From Hydrolagus colliei (taxonomy: Eukaryota): 64,000 nt of DNA. The notes beneath the pieces were generated by a model. It did not search any database, was not told where the DNA came from, and worked only from the letters and a program-made list of their open reading frames with translations. Shown piece by piece: positions 25,526 to 38,574 of the stretch. The stretch lies in contig CM068742.1 in the NCBI GenBank assembly GCA_035084275.1, forward strand, positions 128,526,001 to 128,590,000. The letters are read 5' to 3'. Position numbers and translations under genes: made by a program. Numbering within the stretch: the first letter of the stretch is position 1; every line of letters begins with the position of its first letter.

Positions 25526-27258
25526 AACTAACTCAGCCAGTTGATCACTTGGACATTGTCCAGAAGCGATGTCAAAACCAGACTATCCAAAGGCCAGAAT
25601 TGTAGGGAGTTGTTCGCCTCCCTTCTTTTCCCAGACCTTGAGATGGCTCACCTGCTACTCACTTGGCAATTTCCCAAATGAGTACAATCCTTTATGACTT
25701 TGTTAATTGAGTCCTCTGCCCTATCTATATCTCAAGCCGCTCTCCTTCAATTCTTTATTTATCCTAGAAGCTATTGATGTTATTGTGCTCCTTGGATTAT
25801 TATTGGATTATCAGTACTCAAGGTTGTCTTAGCGCAGGGGAATGTGTACCTAGTGTTTTGTGCAAGCAAGTTGTTTCTCTCCCTTTTGCTCAAGGTTGCT
25901 GACCGTGCCTGTGTTGTGCATAGATTGTTTTAATTGGTGCCTGATTGGAACTAATTATAATTAATTTTTAATACAGTACATCCATATCCCAACACCAGTG
26001 TGGCGACTGTCAGCAAGGTTTCCGAGCTGCCCGTTTCAGGCAATTCCTGGAACTCAGTCCTGATCTTTCCTGTAGAACCCCATTTAAAGCCTATTTAAAG
26101 TCTCAGTGATGTATTACATTTAACATCCATTGGAGGTCAGCGGAGAGTGTGTGTCGGGGTGGGGGGAGGGGTGAATGCAATATGTGGTGTAATAATTATT
26201 ATATCACCAACTGCATTTCCATTTCCTCACCTTTCCCCTCCCCCACCTTTTTTTCCTGTAGTTAGGAAAATATCTGATAGTTATATCTAGGACTGATATT
26301 TATGCTTAAATGGCAAGTGTCCATTATCGTAGTGGTACCAGAGTGATGGAGTTACTGAGCAGCATCGTGGGAGGATTCTGTAAGTCTAGTCACCCAGTCA
26401 AAATGATTGCAAAGGTTAACAGCACTTTCCATCTGACTTCCTGACGTTGAAAGCTCAATAACTCCTCCAGGGTAATGAAGCCCCATGATGGGGGTCTAAC
26501 ATGTATTCTTTATTGACATTGGCAAACTGTAGGAACTTGCTTCTTACGGGAAGCAACCGAACATTAACACAGTGTTTGAACAGTGTAATGGCTAACATCT
26601 TTTTTGTCTGCTCTGCTCACACCACTCTGTTTGTCTAGTGTTTTAGATGTTAAAAGTCAACCATAAAATTAAATAAACTGCCATTGCTATTGTAGTTTAT
26701 CAAATCACCTATGAGCACACTACATATAGAACATGGTTTAGAGTGAGTAACATGGATGTGAGACATCTCAGAGTTGAGATACTCTCGTGAACAGCGAGGG
26801 CAATTTTCAAATAATTCATTAATGTTATATCAAACTTTGTGGCATGTCCCTATCTTGTATCACAAAGCAGCCTGTGTTCTTTCTTCTCTACCACATAAAG
26901 TTGAGGAAAGCTCAGCAATTTGCATCACAGAAAAAAGGCTGCCAGAAGTGTAAAGTGTATCAGTGTCATGTCCTGTCTACTCTCATGATTTGATCAACAG
27001 TGATATTCAGAACTATTTCACTCCGTGTTACAGGGGAATAACATACCTTGCAGCACAAACCATCTGTTATCCATTATGTTCCTGTCAGCTCCACTAATGT
27101 ACAGAGGTTAGTTAAAAATTGTGGAGTAAACAAAAATGGGCATACAGAAGGGAGAGTTAAACCTTTTATGGGTTAACATCTTCTGATGGCCATAGATGTC
27201 TTTGAATTGCTGGCTAACTGATCATTTGTTGGCACTCTACACTGATGATTTTTGTACT

Positions 27259-27600
27259 GGAGTACTGTAGCAGAGAGGGTAGAGCACTTGCCTTGCAAAC
27301 GAGAAGAGCTCGGTTTGATTGCCAGATGGGGCAAAACATTAGGAAAGTTTCCTTACTCCACACCATTCTGTTTGCCAAGCAATAAGTAGGAACTGGATTG
27401 GCAGATTGCTTTTTTAGGAATAATAATCCCTTAAACAAAGGGATTAACATTGTTTGTGGGATACTGCTGTGTGCAATTGACTGCTGTGTTTCGCCCACAA
27501 AATATACAGTCAATTTACTTTGCAGTATATTCTGTGAATCATTTTGAGATGTCTTGAACATGTGATAAGGCCCTATATCAAATGCAAAGGTTCTTCTTGT
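27259..27600 (+). mobile_element. tRNA-derived SINE, older long-CORE variant
   Basis: Head, CTGTTTGCCAAGCAATAAGTAGGAAC segment, standard 3' module. Confidence 0.8.
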
Positions 27601-29878
27601 ATTTTCTGATTTTTAGTTGATGCTGTCATTTCAATTTGAAACCAGCTTTATTTTATATTTCTCATGAGGAGCTTTATGTGATCTGAACATCAAGGCAAAC
27701 AATTCCCAACATAATTGTATCAACTTCATTATCTTATTTTTATCTTTTTTATATAGCCAAGAATTTATATTCATCAAACTTCAACAGAACAGAGTGCCTA
27801 TTTGGGTGCCAATAGTAAGATTTAGTAAATTTGTGAATCCTGTGGTGAAATATAAACTGACACAAATTTCTTTTTACGTAGTAAAATTTAATAAAAGATT
27901 AGCAAGGTTATGCATACCAGTTATATATTTTTTTAATTAACGCTTACAATCATAATCAAATTAAATAAATGCTTGCATTTGATATAGTCCCTATTACATC
28001 TTCGAAATGTCTCATACCGCTTCATAGAATATACTGTAAAGTGAAATGACTGTATATTTTGTGGAAGAAACGTGGCAGCCAATTGCACACAGCAGTGTCC
28101 CACAAACAGTTGTGGATTGATGGACAATTTTTTTTTGAAATTACACCACAAAGCTTGATCAGACCAGTGGTTTTGATGCAGAAATTGGTTTGTTAACATG
28201 TGTCGATCCATCTTGATCGTTGTACGTCTCTCGTTCTTCAAGATTCATTGCAGTTAGTGGCTCAATTCCCAAACTCAGCTCTGTTGATCCTCTTGCCGAA
28301 TCGGTCACTTTTTATCTAGTTTGGTAAATGACCATTCACCCTCCATCTTGTTCACTATCTGATTTTAGATCTCAGCACATTGTCTCTTACAAGATTTGTT
28401 ATAAGACCTTAGTCCCATCACTCCATTCCAGTTCTTTTTTTTACATCAGCAGTTCCCAAAAGAGGTTCATATAATATAAACACATTAATTTCAGATACCT
28501 TACATTAAGCAGCCTGTTCCATAATACTGTTCCATCCATATTCGCCTACTAATGTAATGTTTCCTCAGATTTCTTCCCCTTCAATCGCAAGCTATGTCTT
28601 GGCAGTTGAGACTGATGAAGCACTTTGTTCAGTCCGACAGTTAAACTTCATTGAAAAGACTCAGATCAGCAGAGTTGTCTGTTTGCTCAGAACAATGAGT
28701 GCCTTTTCATTGACAAGTGATGTTTTTGCTCATTTATTTGCATTACTTTTAGCTAGTAGATAGTGCTCAGTGATCCATTCATTCAATTTTTTCATAAAAG
28801 CAGAACTTTTTTTAATTATGGAAAATCTTCACAAGTAATTCTTTAAAAAAAATCATAATCCACCAATTGGAAAAGCAGGGCTCTGGTGAAGGAAAAATGT
28901 AGGGCTTCACTCTTAATAAAAAGATGGAGTCCCAGGGTTTTCTGACATTGCACATGGTTATGGTGAGCCTTCCGAGAAGAGTTCAGCAGCAATTAGCTGA
29001 ATTCCATGTTGGAGTGAAACACAGAATTTGAGTATTGACCAGCATTGAAAATGAAGAATTGACTTGTGGGGAGGGAGGAAGGAAGCAATTGAATTTGACC
29101 ACAGATCTTAATATGTCTTTATCCATGACTGCTTGTGGGACACTGCTGTGGGTAGTTGGCCTCTGTGTTTCACCCACAAAATATTCAGTGAATTCATTTT
29201 ACAGTATGTTCTGTGAAGCACTTTGATATGTCTCAAAGATATGATATACATTTGCGCTATACCAAATGCAAAGAATATTATTATTGGGGAGCTGTTAATT
29301 CTCACAAATTGATTTTTGGGGGGGATTATTCTCTCAGGGTAACAGCTGCTGCCATATATCTTGCTCCCTTAACTAACTCCATATCTTTTGTCCCTCAAAT
29401 TGTCTTATGGAAATTGTTAATAATAACCAAGAGGCAAAGGAACATTTCTAACAAAATGTTTCTGTCAGTGGAGCTGAAACACCAATTAAGCAAATTCAGA
29501 GAAGTAATGATGTGGACAATGATTGTATTTCATGAATGGCTGAAGTTGCTAAGCACACACTATTTTTAATTATGTCTTGCCTCCCTCCTGAATAACCAAA
29601 TGTACTGAGCAGAAGAGTCCAGACGTGGGACTGGGCCATACACTGTCTCTCAAGTGGCCACAGTGACCAATGTAAGGCATACATCTCAGAGCACTCAAGG
29701 TTATGTGTAGTGACTTTTGTGGACAAATATGGCTGCCATTTGCACACAGCCTTGTCCCACAAACAGCAAAAGGCAAAGACCAATTTATTTTGGGAATTGT
29801 TGGCCTAAATTCAGGGAACAAACTCACTTTTCTTTTCAAATAACTTTTTAAGATCTTCTGCATTGATTTGAACAGATA

Positions 29879-31246
29879 ACAACAACAACAACAACAACAA
29901 CAAATTACATTTATAGAGCGCCTTTCACGTCGGGAGGACGTCCCAAGGCGCTGCACAGGAGGCGTGTGACCCGAGCTGGGAGGGGAGTGTTTGGGAAGGG
30001 GTGAAACACGAAGGGGAGGTAAAAGAGTTCGGGGTGGAACAAAAGGCACGATCGAAGAGGAAAGTCTTCAAACTGGCTTTGAAAGAGGAAAGGGAGGAGA
30101 CGAAACGGATGGATTGAGGGATGGCATTCCATAGGGTGGGAGCGGAGAAACTGAAGGCCCGGCCTCCGATGGTGGGGCGGTTCGGGCTGGGGGCTTGGAG
30201 CAGGCCAAGTCCTGTTGAACGGAGGGTCCGGGTGGGCGTGTAGGGGGAGAGTAGATCGGTTAAATAGGGTGGGGCAAGGCCGTGTAAGGCCTTGTAGGTG
30301 AGGACGAGGATCTTGAACTCGATCCTCTGGAGGATGGGGAGCCAGTGGAGACGGGCGAGGGTGGGGGTTATGTGGTCGCGGAGGCGGGTGCGGGATAGTA
30401 CACGGGCTGCAGAGTTTTGGATGGCCTGCAGCCTGTGAATGGAGGAACTGGGGAGGCCAACGAGGAGAGAATTTCCATAGTCCAGCCGTGAGGTGATGTA
30501 TGCATGCACGAGTGTTTCGGCAGCACGGGGGTTAGGATAGTTGCGGAGCCTGGCAATGTTGCGCAGGTGGAAATAAGTGGTGCCGGTCAAGGCGCGGACG
30601 TGGGGGAGGAAGGAAAGTTTTTGATCGAACATGATGCCGAGGTTCCTGTTTGGCTTTGTGAGGTGGAGAGTGCAGCCTTGGTTATTGAGGCTGGCAGCAC
30701 CCGATGTGCGGAGGCGCTGGCTTGAGCCAATCAGGAGGGCCTCGGTCTTAATCACGTTCAATTGCAAAAAGTTGTCCCTCGTCCACGACTCGATGTCGGA
30801 CAGACATGCTGTCAGAACATCAATCGTCTGGGGGTTGAGGGATGAGGCAAAGAGGTACAACTGAGTGTCGTCCGCATACATGTGGAAATTTACCCCATGT
30901 TTGCGGATGACGTCACCCAGAGGGAGCGTGTAAAGGGTGAAAAGGAGGGGACCGAGGACAGAGCCCTGAGGAACGCCGTTAGAAACTGTGCAGGGGTTTG
31001 AAGAAAAACCATTGGAAGAAACAAAATGTAAACGGTGGGTCAAATAGGAGTGGAACCAGTCAAGGACTGTGCCTTGAAGGTTGAGGTGGGAGGAAAGACG
31101 TTGAAGGAGGATGGTGTGATCGACTGTGTCGAACGCAGCAGACAGGTCAAGGAGGATGAGGAGGCAGAGGGAACCCTGGTCACAGGCGGTTAGGATGTCA
31201 TTTGTGACCTTGACCAGGGCAGTTTCTGTGCTGTGGATAGGGCGGA
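29879..31246 (-). mobile_element. L2 LINE, young, 5'-truncated, inserted in a Deu-SINE
   Basis: Intact RT frame, 3' stem-loop, (TTG)n tail 29878-29903; GATA at both junctions. Confidence 0.95.
29925..31244 (-). CDS. L2 ORF2 reverse transcriptase portion
   Basis: [53 protein letters not shown]. Frame extends upstream of the listed 31043 start to about 31244. Confidence 0.9.
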   Translation of the reverse strand, partial: RPIHSTETALVKVTNDILTACDQGSLCLLILLDLSAAFDTVDHTILLQRLSSHLNLQGTVLDWFHSYLTHRLHFVSSNGFSSNPCTVSNGVPQGSVLGPLLFTLYTLPLGDVIRKHGVNFHMYADDTQLYLFASSLNPQTIDVLTACLSDIESWTRDNFLQLNVIKTEALLIGSSQRLRTSGAASLNNQGCTLHLTKPNRNLGIMFDQKLSFLPHVRALTGTTYFHLRNIARLRNYPNPRAAETLVHAYITSRLDYGNSLLVGLPSSSIHRLQAIQNSAARVLSRTRLRDHITPTLARLHWLPILQRIEFKILVLTYKALHGLAPPYLTDLLSPYTPTRTLRSTGLGLLQAPSPNRPTIGGRAFSFSAPTLWNAIPQSIRFVSSLSSFKASLKTFLFDRAFCSTPNSFTSPSCFTPSQTLPSQLGSHASCAAPWDVLPT

Positions 31247-31952
31247 TAGACAGGATCTTGATTTAATGCAGTTCAAGACAGAGTCAGCCACAAAACATCC
31301 AGGGTCTGTATTTCTAAATCCTTTTAGGTCTTCTGTACAGACCCTAACATCATGTCCCTGTGCAATTTTTTTTTGTAACTCTGCTTCTTTTTACCTTACT
31401 ATCTGATACATAAACATCTGCCGACATTGAAGTTGTTACTCTTAGAATACATTTGAAATATTAGTTTGAGCATTGAGTTAAAATTGAAATTGTTCTCCTG
31501 AGCTCAAGGGGTATGTACAGGCTTTGGAGACGTGACTTGCTGGTTCTCTGATGCTTTGTGTCACATATGAAGTTACTTATCATCTAGATTCCAGCATTAG
31601 GTAAATATTGGGCAACAGGCCATAATTACACAGTAGCAAAAAGGCCAGATGGCAGTGACTTGGCAGTGCAAACAGCTCCCTAGCCAGGTGGTCACAGGTT
31701 CAAGACCACTTAAGTCCTTCCATCAGCCAATTTTGCCAGCTGTAAATCAAGTTTGAAGCTGAATTACCTAACCATACAGGGGCTTTTCTAGCCCAGAGGT
31801 GAGGACACAATAATGGATACAAGTTACTGCATTGATGTATGAAACATTTTGATAAGCTCACCATCTAAAATGATACTCTGATACTCCAGTACAGTACTCC
31901 AGTACAGTGCTGCATTAGGTAAGATGTTAAATTTATTCTTGTCTACCAGTTT

Positions 31953-32290
31953 AGAACATAAGAATAAGGAGCAGGAGTAGTTCTACCTGGAGTAGAGAAG
32001 GTTAAGTGGAGACTTAATAGTAGTTTTCAGAATCATCAGTAGATTTGACAGAGTGAACATGGAGAAACAATTTCCACTGGGGTGTGGGTATGTAACCCGG
32101 GGTCACCGATTTAAAATAGTTGATTAAAACAGAGAGGTGAGGAGACTTTTATTCATGCAGCAAGTTGTTTCGATCTGAAATGCAATGCCTGAAAGGGTGG
32201 TGAAAGCCAATTTGATTACAACTTTTCAGAGAGAAGTAGATAAAAATTCGGGGGAACACAAGTTTGCAGGGCTATGGGGAGAGGCATTCC
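31953..32290. mobile_element. CR1 subfamily B tail (-) abutting a CR1 3' fragment (+)
   Basis: AGAACATAAGAATAAGGAGCAGGAGTAG, then sequence collinear with about 9100-9410. Confidence 0.75.
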
Positions 32291-33304
32291 TTTGAGACAC
32301 CTCAGCAACAGGCTGAATTGCTACACCAGATTCATGGATCTTATTACTGTATTAAATATTATCGATAGCACTGCATTACTAACATGGTCTTATTTTTAAA
32401 TTGGCCTTTGTGAACTTGCTGTTGAAGTCACTCTCTCCAAGTTTCCCTCCACCTCTGTGATCAGGAACTTTTTAAAAAATTATTGGCTGATGAACTACTT
32501 TTGGATGTGAAATATGAACGTTTCCAAGTATAGTACATTGTTGCTGGCTGTTAAATTACTAGCATAGTTCTGTTTCTCAAAAATGAAACACACATTGAAA
32601 GGCCAGGCAATCATAATTAGTCTACCAGAAAATTGTTGAATTTTCTTCCTGTTTACTAAGGAAGCTTCAAAATATTTGTATTTCTTTGAGCTTCAAAATG
32701 TGAAAAAATCAAATTTTTCTTATTTCAGTTGGAAGAGCAGACCGTGAATTCATTGCAATATTCAAGCTTCTAATCACCTGAACCATTTGTACAATCAATT
32801 CTAGGCTTGCTCTCGTCTGTGCATTTATTACCATTTATCTAAATTACTTTAATGTGTATTAAACTTTTTTAATATGATCATGCATCAGCAATTGTGAGAC
32901 TGAAACTAATTTCAGGACTCAAATGGAATGCTCTTTGCACCAGTTATCAGTAGTGTTGTCACATTAAAATGACAAGTCACCCATCAGGCACTAATATATT
33001 TTGTGCATCTTACAGATGACCCTTGAATTATTCTAGCTCAGGTGTTCCTTTGGACACACACAGTCAACTTGTGAATGTGGAGGACGAGGCTCCCATAATC
33101 TGACCAGAGCAATGTGGATGATCTGGATTGACACGGTCTTCCATCCCCTGACAAATAGGATGATACAGGTGTATGATCCTTGCTACATCTCACTCTGTGT
33201 TGCCCACCTCAAAATGCAGGCAGAACTTTATGCACTGCTAGGCAATCATCAAAAGTACTGTAAAGATATATTGGGGTGATAATATGAGAAATTAAAAACA
33301 AACT

Positions 33305-33715
33305 AATGATAATCTTTGCATTTCATATAGCACTACTTTCACATTAGGTAGATGTTTCAAAGTGCATCATAGGATTTACTATAAAATTGGAGTGCCAGTG
33401 TACTTAGTAGGTGCATGTGGCAGCCAATTTGGACACAGCAATGTCCCATGAAGCATATGATCAATTTTGTCTGGGATATTCTTGGCTAGATCACTGGGAG
33501 AAAATCCCTTCTCTTTTCAAATAGAGTCATAGAATCTTTAACATCCACCTGAATAGGCAGATGGGACCTCAGGTTAATGTATCATCTGAATGACAGCACC
33601 TCAGACAATGTTATGTACATCCAGTGCTGGTTTGGAGTGTCAGTCTAGACTTATTTGACTCCAAAATGCTGACATAGGGTGTAAACCCACAACCATCTGA
33701 CTGAGAGCAAGACTG
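33305..33715 (-). mobile_element. Deu-domain SINE, near full length
   Basis: ATCTTTAACATCCACCTGAATAGGCAGATGGGACCTCAGGTTAATG; head remnant CCCACAACCATCTGACT. Confidence 0.78.
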
Positions 33716-35164
33716 GCGCCTTTGTTTAGATTTGGTGCTTATAGCAGTTGAAATTGTTAACCCATTGTTTAATCCTTCAAAGAATACCATTAATACGGTG
33801 AGAGTTTCAAATAGTAATTTCGGAGGAAACAAACAGTTTTATCATAGAAGGTCCACATTTCCTCACAGGGAACTCGATGATGTCCCACAATATACATATG
33901 GGACCATATATGAATGGGATCAGCAGCCACTTGGATACTAGTTTCTGTTCTTATCACCTACTCCAGATGTGGCTCAGTATAACAGCAGGATTCTAGATAT
34001 ACCTGGATCACAGGACAAGCTCTACGTGAGGTGTAGAGGCAAGACATCCATTGGTTAGGTAGAGCAAGCTTTCTGGAGGTCTCATCTGAGGTTGGTAGTT
34101 ATTGGAAACCAAGTTTCACATGAGGGAACACAGACTCCACAGCACAGATGCAACAAACATCTGTCCTTATGCAGTTCAAGACTGTCCCAAGCAGAGACAA
34201 ACAGTCTGAGCTCAATTCAGGCTAGACCGCTCACCCAATACCTGGCCAGGCCTTCTTCACAGATTATGCTATAAAGGTGTTTAACTGTAACTACTGTAGC
34301 AAGTTAAGTAAGACAGTATTAAAACAATAGTTTCACTATGAGATTTGTTTTATTTAAAAATCCATGTCCCACTGATGTGAGTAAAAATGCAAACGTGAAA
34401 GAAACCCTCAAGTTATCACTTTGGTCACACTCTGAGTCAGGAGATTGTGTGTTGAAGCCCAATGTGAGACTTTAAGCCCATAGTCTAGTTTGACATTCCA
34501 ATGGAGTAATAGGGGGAGCTTGGCAGTGGTGCCATCCTTCAAATGAACATTAAACCAAGATGGTATGTGTATATCTATCTTTGCTACCCAGCTCCATGGA
34601 TTTCAGGAGTGAGTCTGTCATGCTGTCAGCTCTCACAATGTAAATACAACAGTACTCTGTAGACACAACAGGTGCAGTAACTAATGGAACTCTTCTCCTG
34701 ACCTAACACCAGACAGAGTGGAAATGGCTGGGTTAGTCTCTTTAAATCCCTGACAAACAGTTCCTTCTTTCCCACTTTACATCATACATATATGCTGGCA
34801 ATCCTTTCTGGCAGAGAAAATGAATTTGTCAATTTGCAACAGACGATCATGTGAGCAATTTAATTACCAGAAGTCCTCATTCACTCAACATGCACAAACT
34901 ATGGCAAAAAGGAATTGTAGCAGGAATGCAGTACCTCCAGAGACTCATTCAACAGAAGATCTGATTGACCTTCTTGAAATGGGGTTGTCATTTAACAGCT
35001 GTCGTATCCATGACTCAATTTCTCTTTCAGATGCTTGTGAACCCACAATGCATTCTCAGCCTTTTCTTTTCTCACCTGGGAATACTACAGTGCTGTATGG
35101 TGTAATTGATGTGGGTAAAATCGTGAATGTGAAGGAAACCTTTAATTTATCACACGCTCACCTT

Positions 35165-35530
35165 CAGGTCAGGTGATTGAAGGTTCAAGCCTTCATTTGG
35201 GACTTTGAGCTCACAGTCCAGTCTGCCAATTGGTGCAGTGAATGGGACCACATTGTCAGTGATGTCATTCTTCAAATGAGACTTTAAACTGAGGTCCTAT
35301 CTGCATGTTCAAGGCAGGATATGCATCTCATTGCACTATTTCAAAAGTTTTTCCCAAACTCCTGGTCAACAATCCTCCCGGTAAATTTCCCATTCACTTG
35401 ATCACTTGTTCACTTCATGGTTTTTTCTGAGTTGTTGCCTTGTGCAAATGGTTTCTACATTTACCTGTAAAAAATGTCAGACGATGGTATTTATTTTGGC
35501 AACATTTTCAAATGCTTTATTCTTACAAGC
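35165..35530 (+). mobile_element. Deu-domain SINE
   Basis: GGTTCAAGCC head and AAATGAGACTTTAAACTGAGGTCC core. Other partial copies near 13615, 34425, 35825-36320, 39430 and 42870. Confidence 0.65.
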
Positions 35531-38124
35531 ACAATAAAAAAATTCCATGTATTTATTTTGTAAGTACAGTGTTGTTGATATCTCTGTCAGTGTTATTCAC
35601 TTCAAGCCTATGTGATCTTACTGAAGTGAGCAAGGTTATTGCTGAACCAGCACAATTTTTTTTATTGAGGGTTCGAACAGCTTTGTTTTCGATCATACGT
35701 AATGGATTTAGAACTGAGCTTCATTCTGTTCGATCAGTATATGCCTTTTCTCTGCGCCAGGATGAGGCTAAACACGGTTCATTTTATCTCTCATTCGGTT
35801 AAGTATAATGGTTGTACTTTCAGATAAAATTCACAGCCAATTTGTACACAGCAATGGCCCACAAACAACCAAGTGGTGAATATTTAATTTTATTTGGAGA
35901 ACTGTTGGCCTGTGCACTGGGAGAATCTACCTTCTCATTGCTTTGGTTCTTGCAGAATAGTTTCCAGAATTAGGTAAGCAGGATATGTCGCTCCAGGGAG
36001 AGAGTGCACGTTCCATTCCAACAATCTCTGAGATTCCCATGTGTGGGTGGGAGGTATGTAATTCTGAGGTTGGTTTGGATATTCTTAAGGACTTTGATGG
36101 GTTTCTGCATTTGTCAGACACCTGGCTGACCAAAAAACAAATTTGATTGTGATATCTTTAAACTGACAGTAAGTGGGGCTGTCCCTCAAATTTACTTCAA
36201 TGTTTCATCCAAAGGAAGGCGCTTCTGACAATGAAGTGCTCCCCAGCACTGCACTGAAGTGTTAGCCTTGACCATGAGCTCTGGTATAAAGTAACCAGTA
36301 AGAATTGAAAAACTGTGTGATGGTGCAGCTGAATTGTCCTTCAGAGTTACTAATAATAATAATTCTTGCATTTGATACAAAGTTTTTCACATCTTCTAGA
36401 CCTCTCAAAGCGCTTCACAGAATATACTGTTAGGTTGTGATGCATACTGTTGGGGAAGAGAGCGGGATTTTTTTGCTATAGTTAACCATATTGGGAGAGC
36501 TTGATTCTGACACGGGAGTCTGAAGACATGCTGGTTGCATATGGAAGAAAACTTTTCACCTTGTGTTTAGAATGGGTTAATAACAGTTGTTAAAAGCCCA
36601 TAAGTGTCAGATTTCTTAGAGTAATACTTTCACATATGCCAAGACAGTCGAACAAGAGTTGCTAAGGGTAACTTCAAGATAACAACAACAACAAACACTG
36701 GGGAGAAACTTCCTTCCTGTGGAGTAATTAGTAACAGCATTTGGTAGAGGCCAAGACTATAGGACTCATTTTAAAAAAAGAAACTTGACCCTGTGATGAG
36801 AGGAAGGCCGGGTGGGTACATTGGAAAAATATGATAGAATGAGGTGAAGGGACTTCTTCATCTGAACTGTTTTTGTGATCTCTCCACCTATCGAATGATG
36901 TGCTTTCACATTGGTTTCTTTTATCAGTGGGTTTGTGGAGAAATTAGGTCATATGGCCTGAAGGGCTTTCTTCATCCAAACCAATGTTGTGATCTTGTGC
37001 AAGGTGATTTGAAAACAAGATTAGTTCTGGATCTCCGAATCTTAAGGAAAACCTTAAGGCTGTGATATTTAGAGGGAATCAAGGGTTGAATTCTCCCGGT
37101 TTACTGAGGAACTGTCATACAATTTAACTTTTTGTACTTTTTTTCTCCCACTTTTACTTTATTGTGCAACCAGAGCCTGATTGCTCCTGCCATGAAAATA
37201 ATTTATTTATAAAGTGGTGATTTTAAAGGAGCAAAGTGTGAACGAAGTGACATGAAACAATAATTCTTTACTGTTAGGAATGGTTCTAATGATATTTTCA
37301 CTGCTTTGACACTGTTGTTGGCACTAGTGTGAATTACGTAGCATGTTTCTGAGCAGTTTCGGGCTTGGTGGCATTCCGCACTGGGCTGATGTACAACATT
37401 GTGTCAGATCGCAGCAAACTAAATAGGTTTACTCACTGTATGAGGTGTGTGAGAGCAGCTGCTGATATCATAAATGACCAAAACTGTAGAAAGGCAATTA
37501 GGATCCCCGCCTCTTGCCCCCAATTTAATATAATACAGACGCTAATAAAAAATAATATTATTCCTCATATCAGCCATTGACAACTGTAATGTTGAGATAT
37601 CTCAAAGCATTTCACATTGGTGTAAAGTGTGGTGACTGTGTATTTTGTGGGTAAACACAACAGCTTTCACACAACGGTGAAACTGCACACAACAGGCACA
37701 TTGAGAAAGCTTTCTTCCAAGCTGATTACAAACAGAGTAGACTTGAAAGCTGCACAGAGCATTCTCACATTAAGTGTAAAATCTCTCTGTGATTTATATG
37801 AGAGATTCAGCCTACCCATAATCACCATCCCACCCCCCACAACCTGCCAGCCCAAATGCCAGGTGTCAGCAGAAAATAAACTTAGCAATCTAATTCAAAG
37901 AGTTGTATTACTTCTAAATGCATCAATGGAACTCACACTTTACTATTAGGAGATTCTCTGCAGGAGTTGATTACCAGAAGGTAACAATTTGAGAAACCAG
38001 GCAAGATATTTAAAGCCAACATATGCTGTTAGATCATAACACCAGCAGGAGAAATGCTGGGATAGCTTTTCGATCACTAACTATGTACAAGATTAATTAC
38101 TATACTGTACTTTTTATCTGAGGT

Positions 38125-38345
38125 TCGACTGATGCCTCAGTGAGTAAGTGCATCATTTAGTGATACAGAGCCACACAGCTCCCAGGTTTGATAGCTGAGC
38201 TAGCTGATTTCAACAGGCATGACCGTGGGTGAGTACACTTGGCCTCTGTATATGGAGGGGGAGAAAAGATCAAATATTGCAAAATACCTGCTTGTGGACA
38301 TCAGGTCTGGCTGTTGATTATTCTGCCAACACTCCCATGAAGCCC
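38125..38345 (+). mobile_element. Ancient SINE, AmnSINE2-like
   Basis: CCCAGGTTTGAT..GCTGAGCTAGCTGATTTCAAC..TTGGCCTC..GGAGGGGGAGAAAA; related copies elsewhere in the window. Family name from recall only. Confidence 0.5.
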
Positions 38346-38548
38346 GGACTAATCAACACCCATGGAAATGAACCCAAGCAGCTTGATGCTGTGATAGGAA
38401 AATAGTAGGGTAAATATTTTGGAAGGACAAGTTGGATGGGCTGAAGGGCCATCTACAGCCAAATGTCTCATGATATGATGACCTTGTGGCCTAAGAACCA
38501 GGGCCCTCAATGGAACATTGCTGTGATTTTGGAAGAAATTGAAGACTT

Positions 38549-38574
38549 GAGAGAGAGAGAGAGAGAGAGAGAGA
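38549..38574 (+). repeat. (GA)13 microsatellite
   Basis: Read directly. Confidence 0.95.

Noticed and set aside
29570-30049. 159-aa ORF with poly-Cys (and poly-Tyr ORF at 60545)
   Set aside because: Translations of (TTG)n and (ATT)n retroposon tails.
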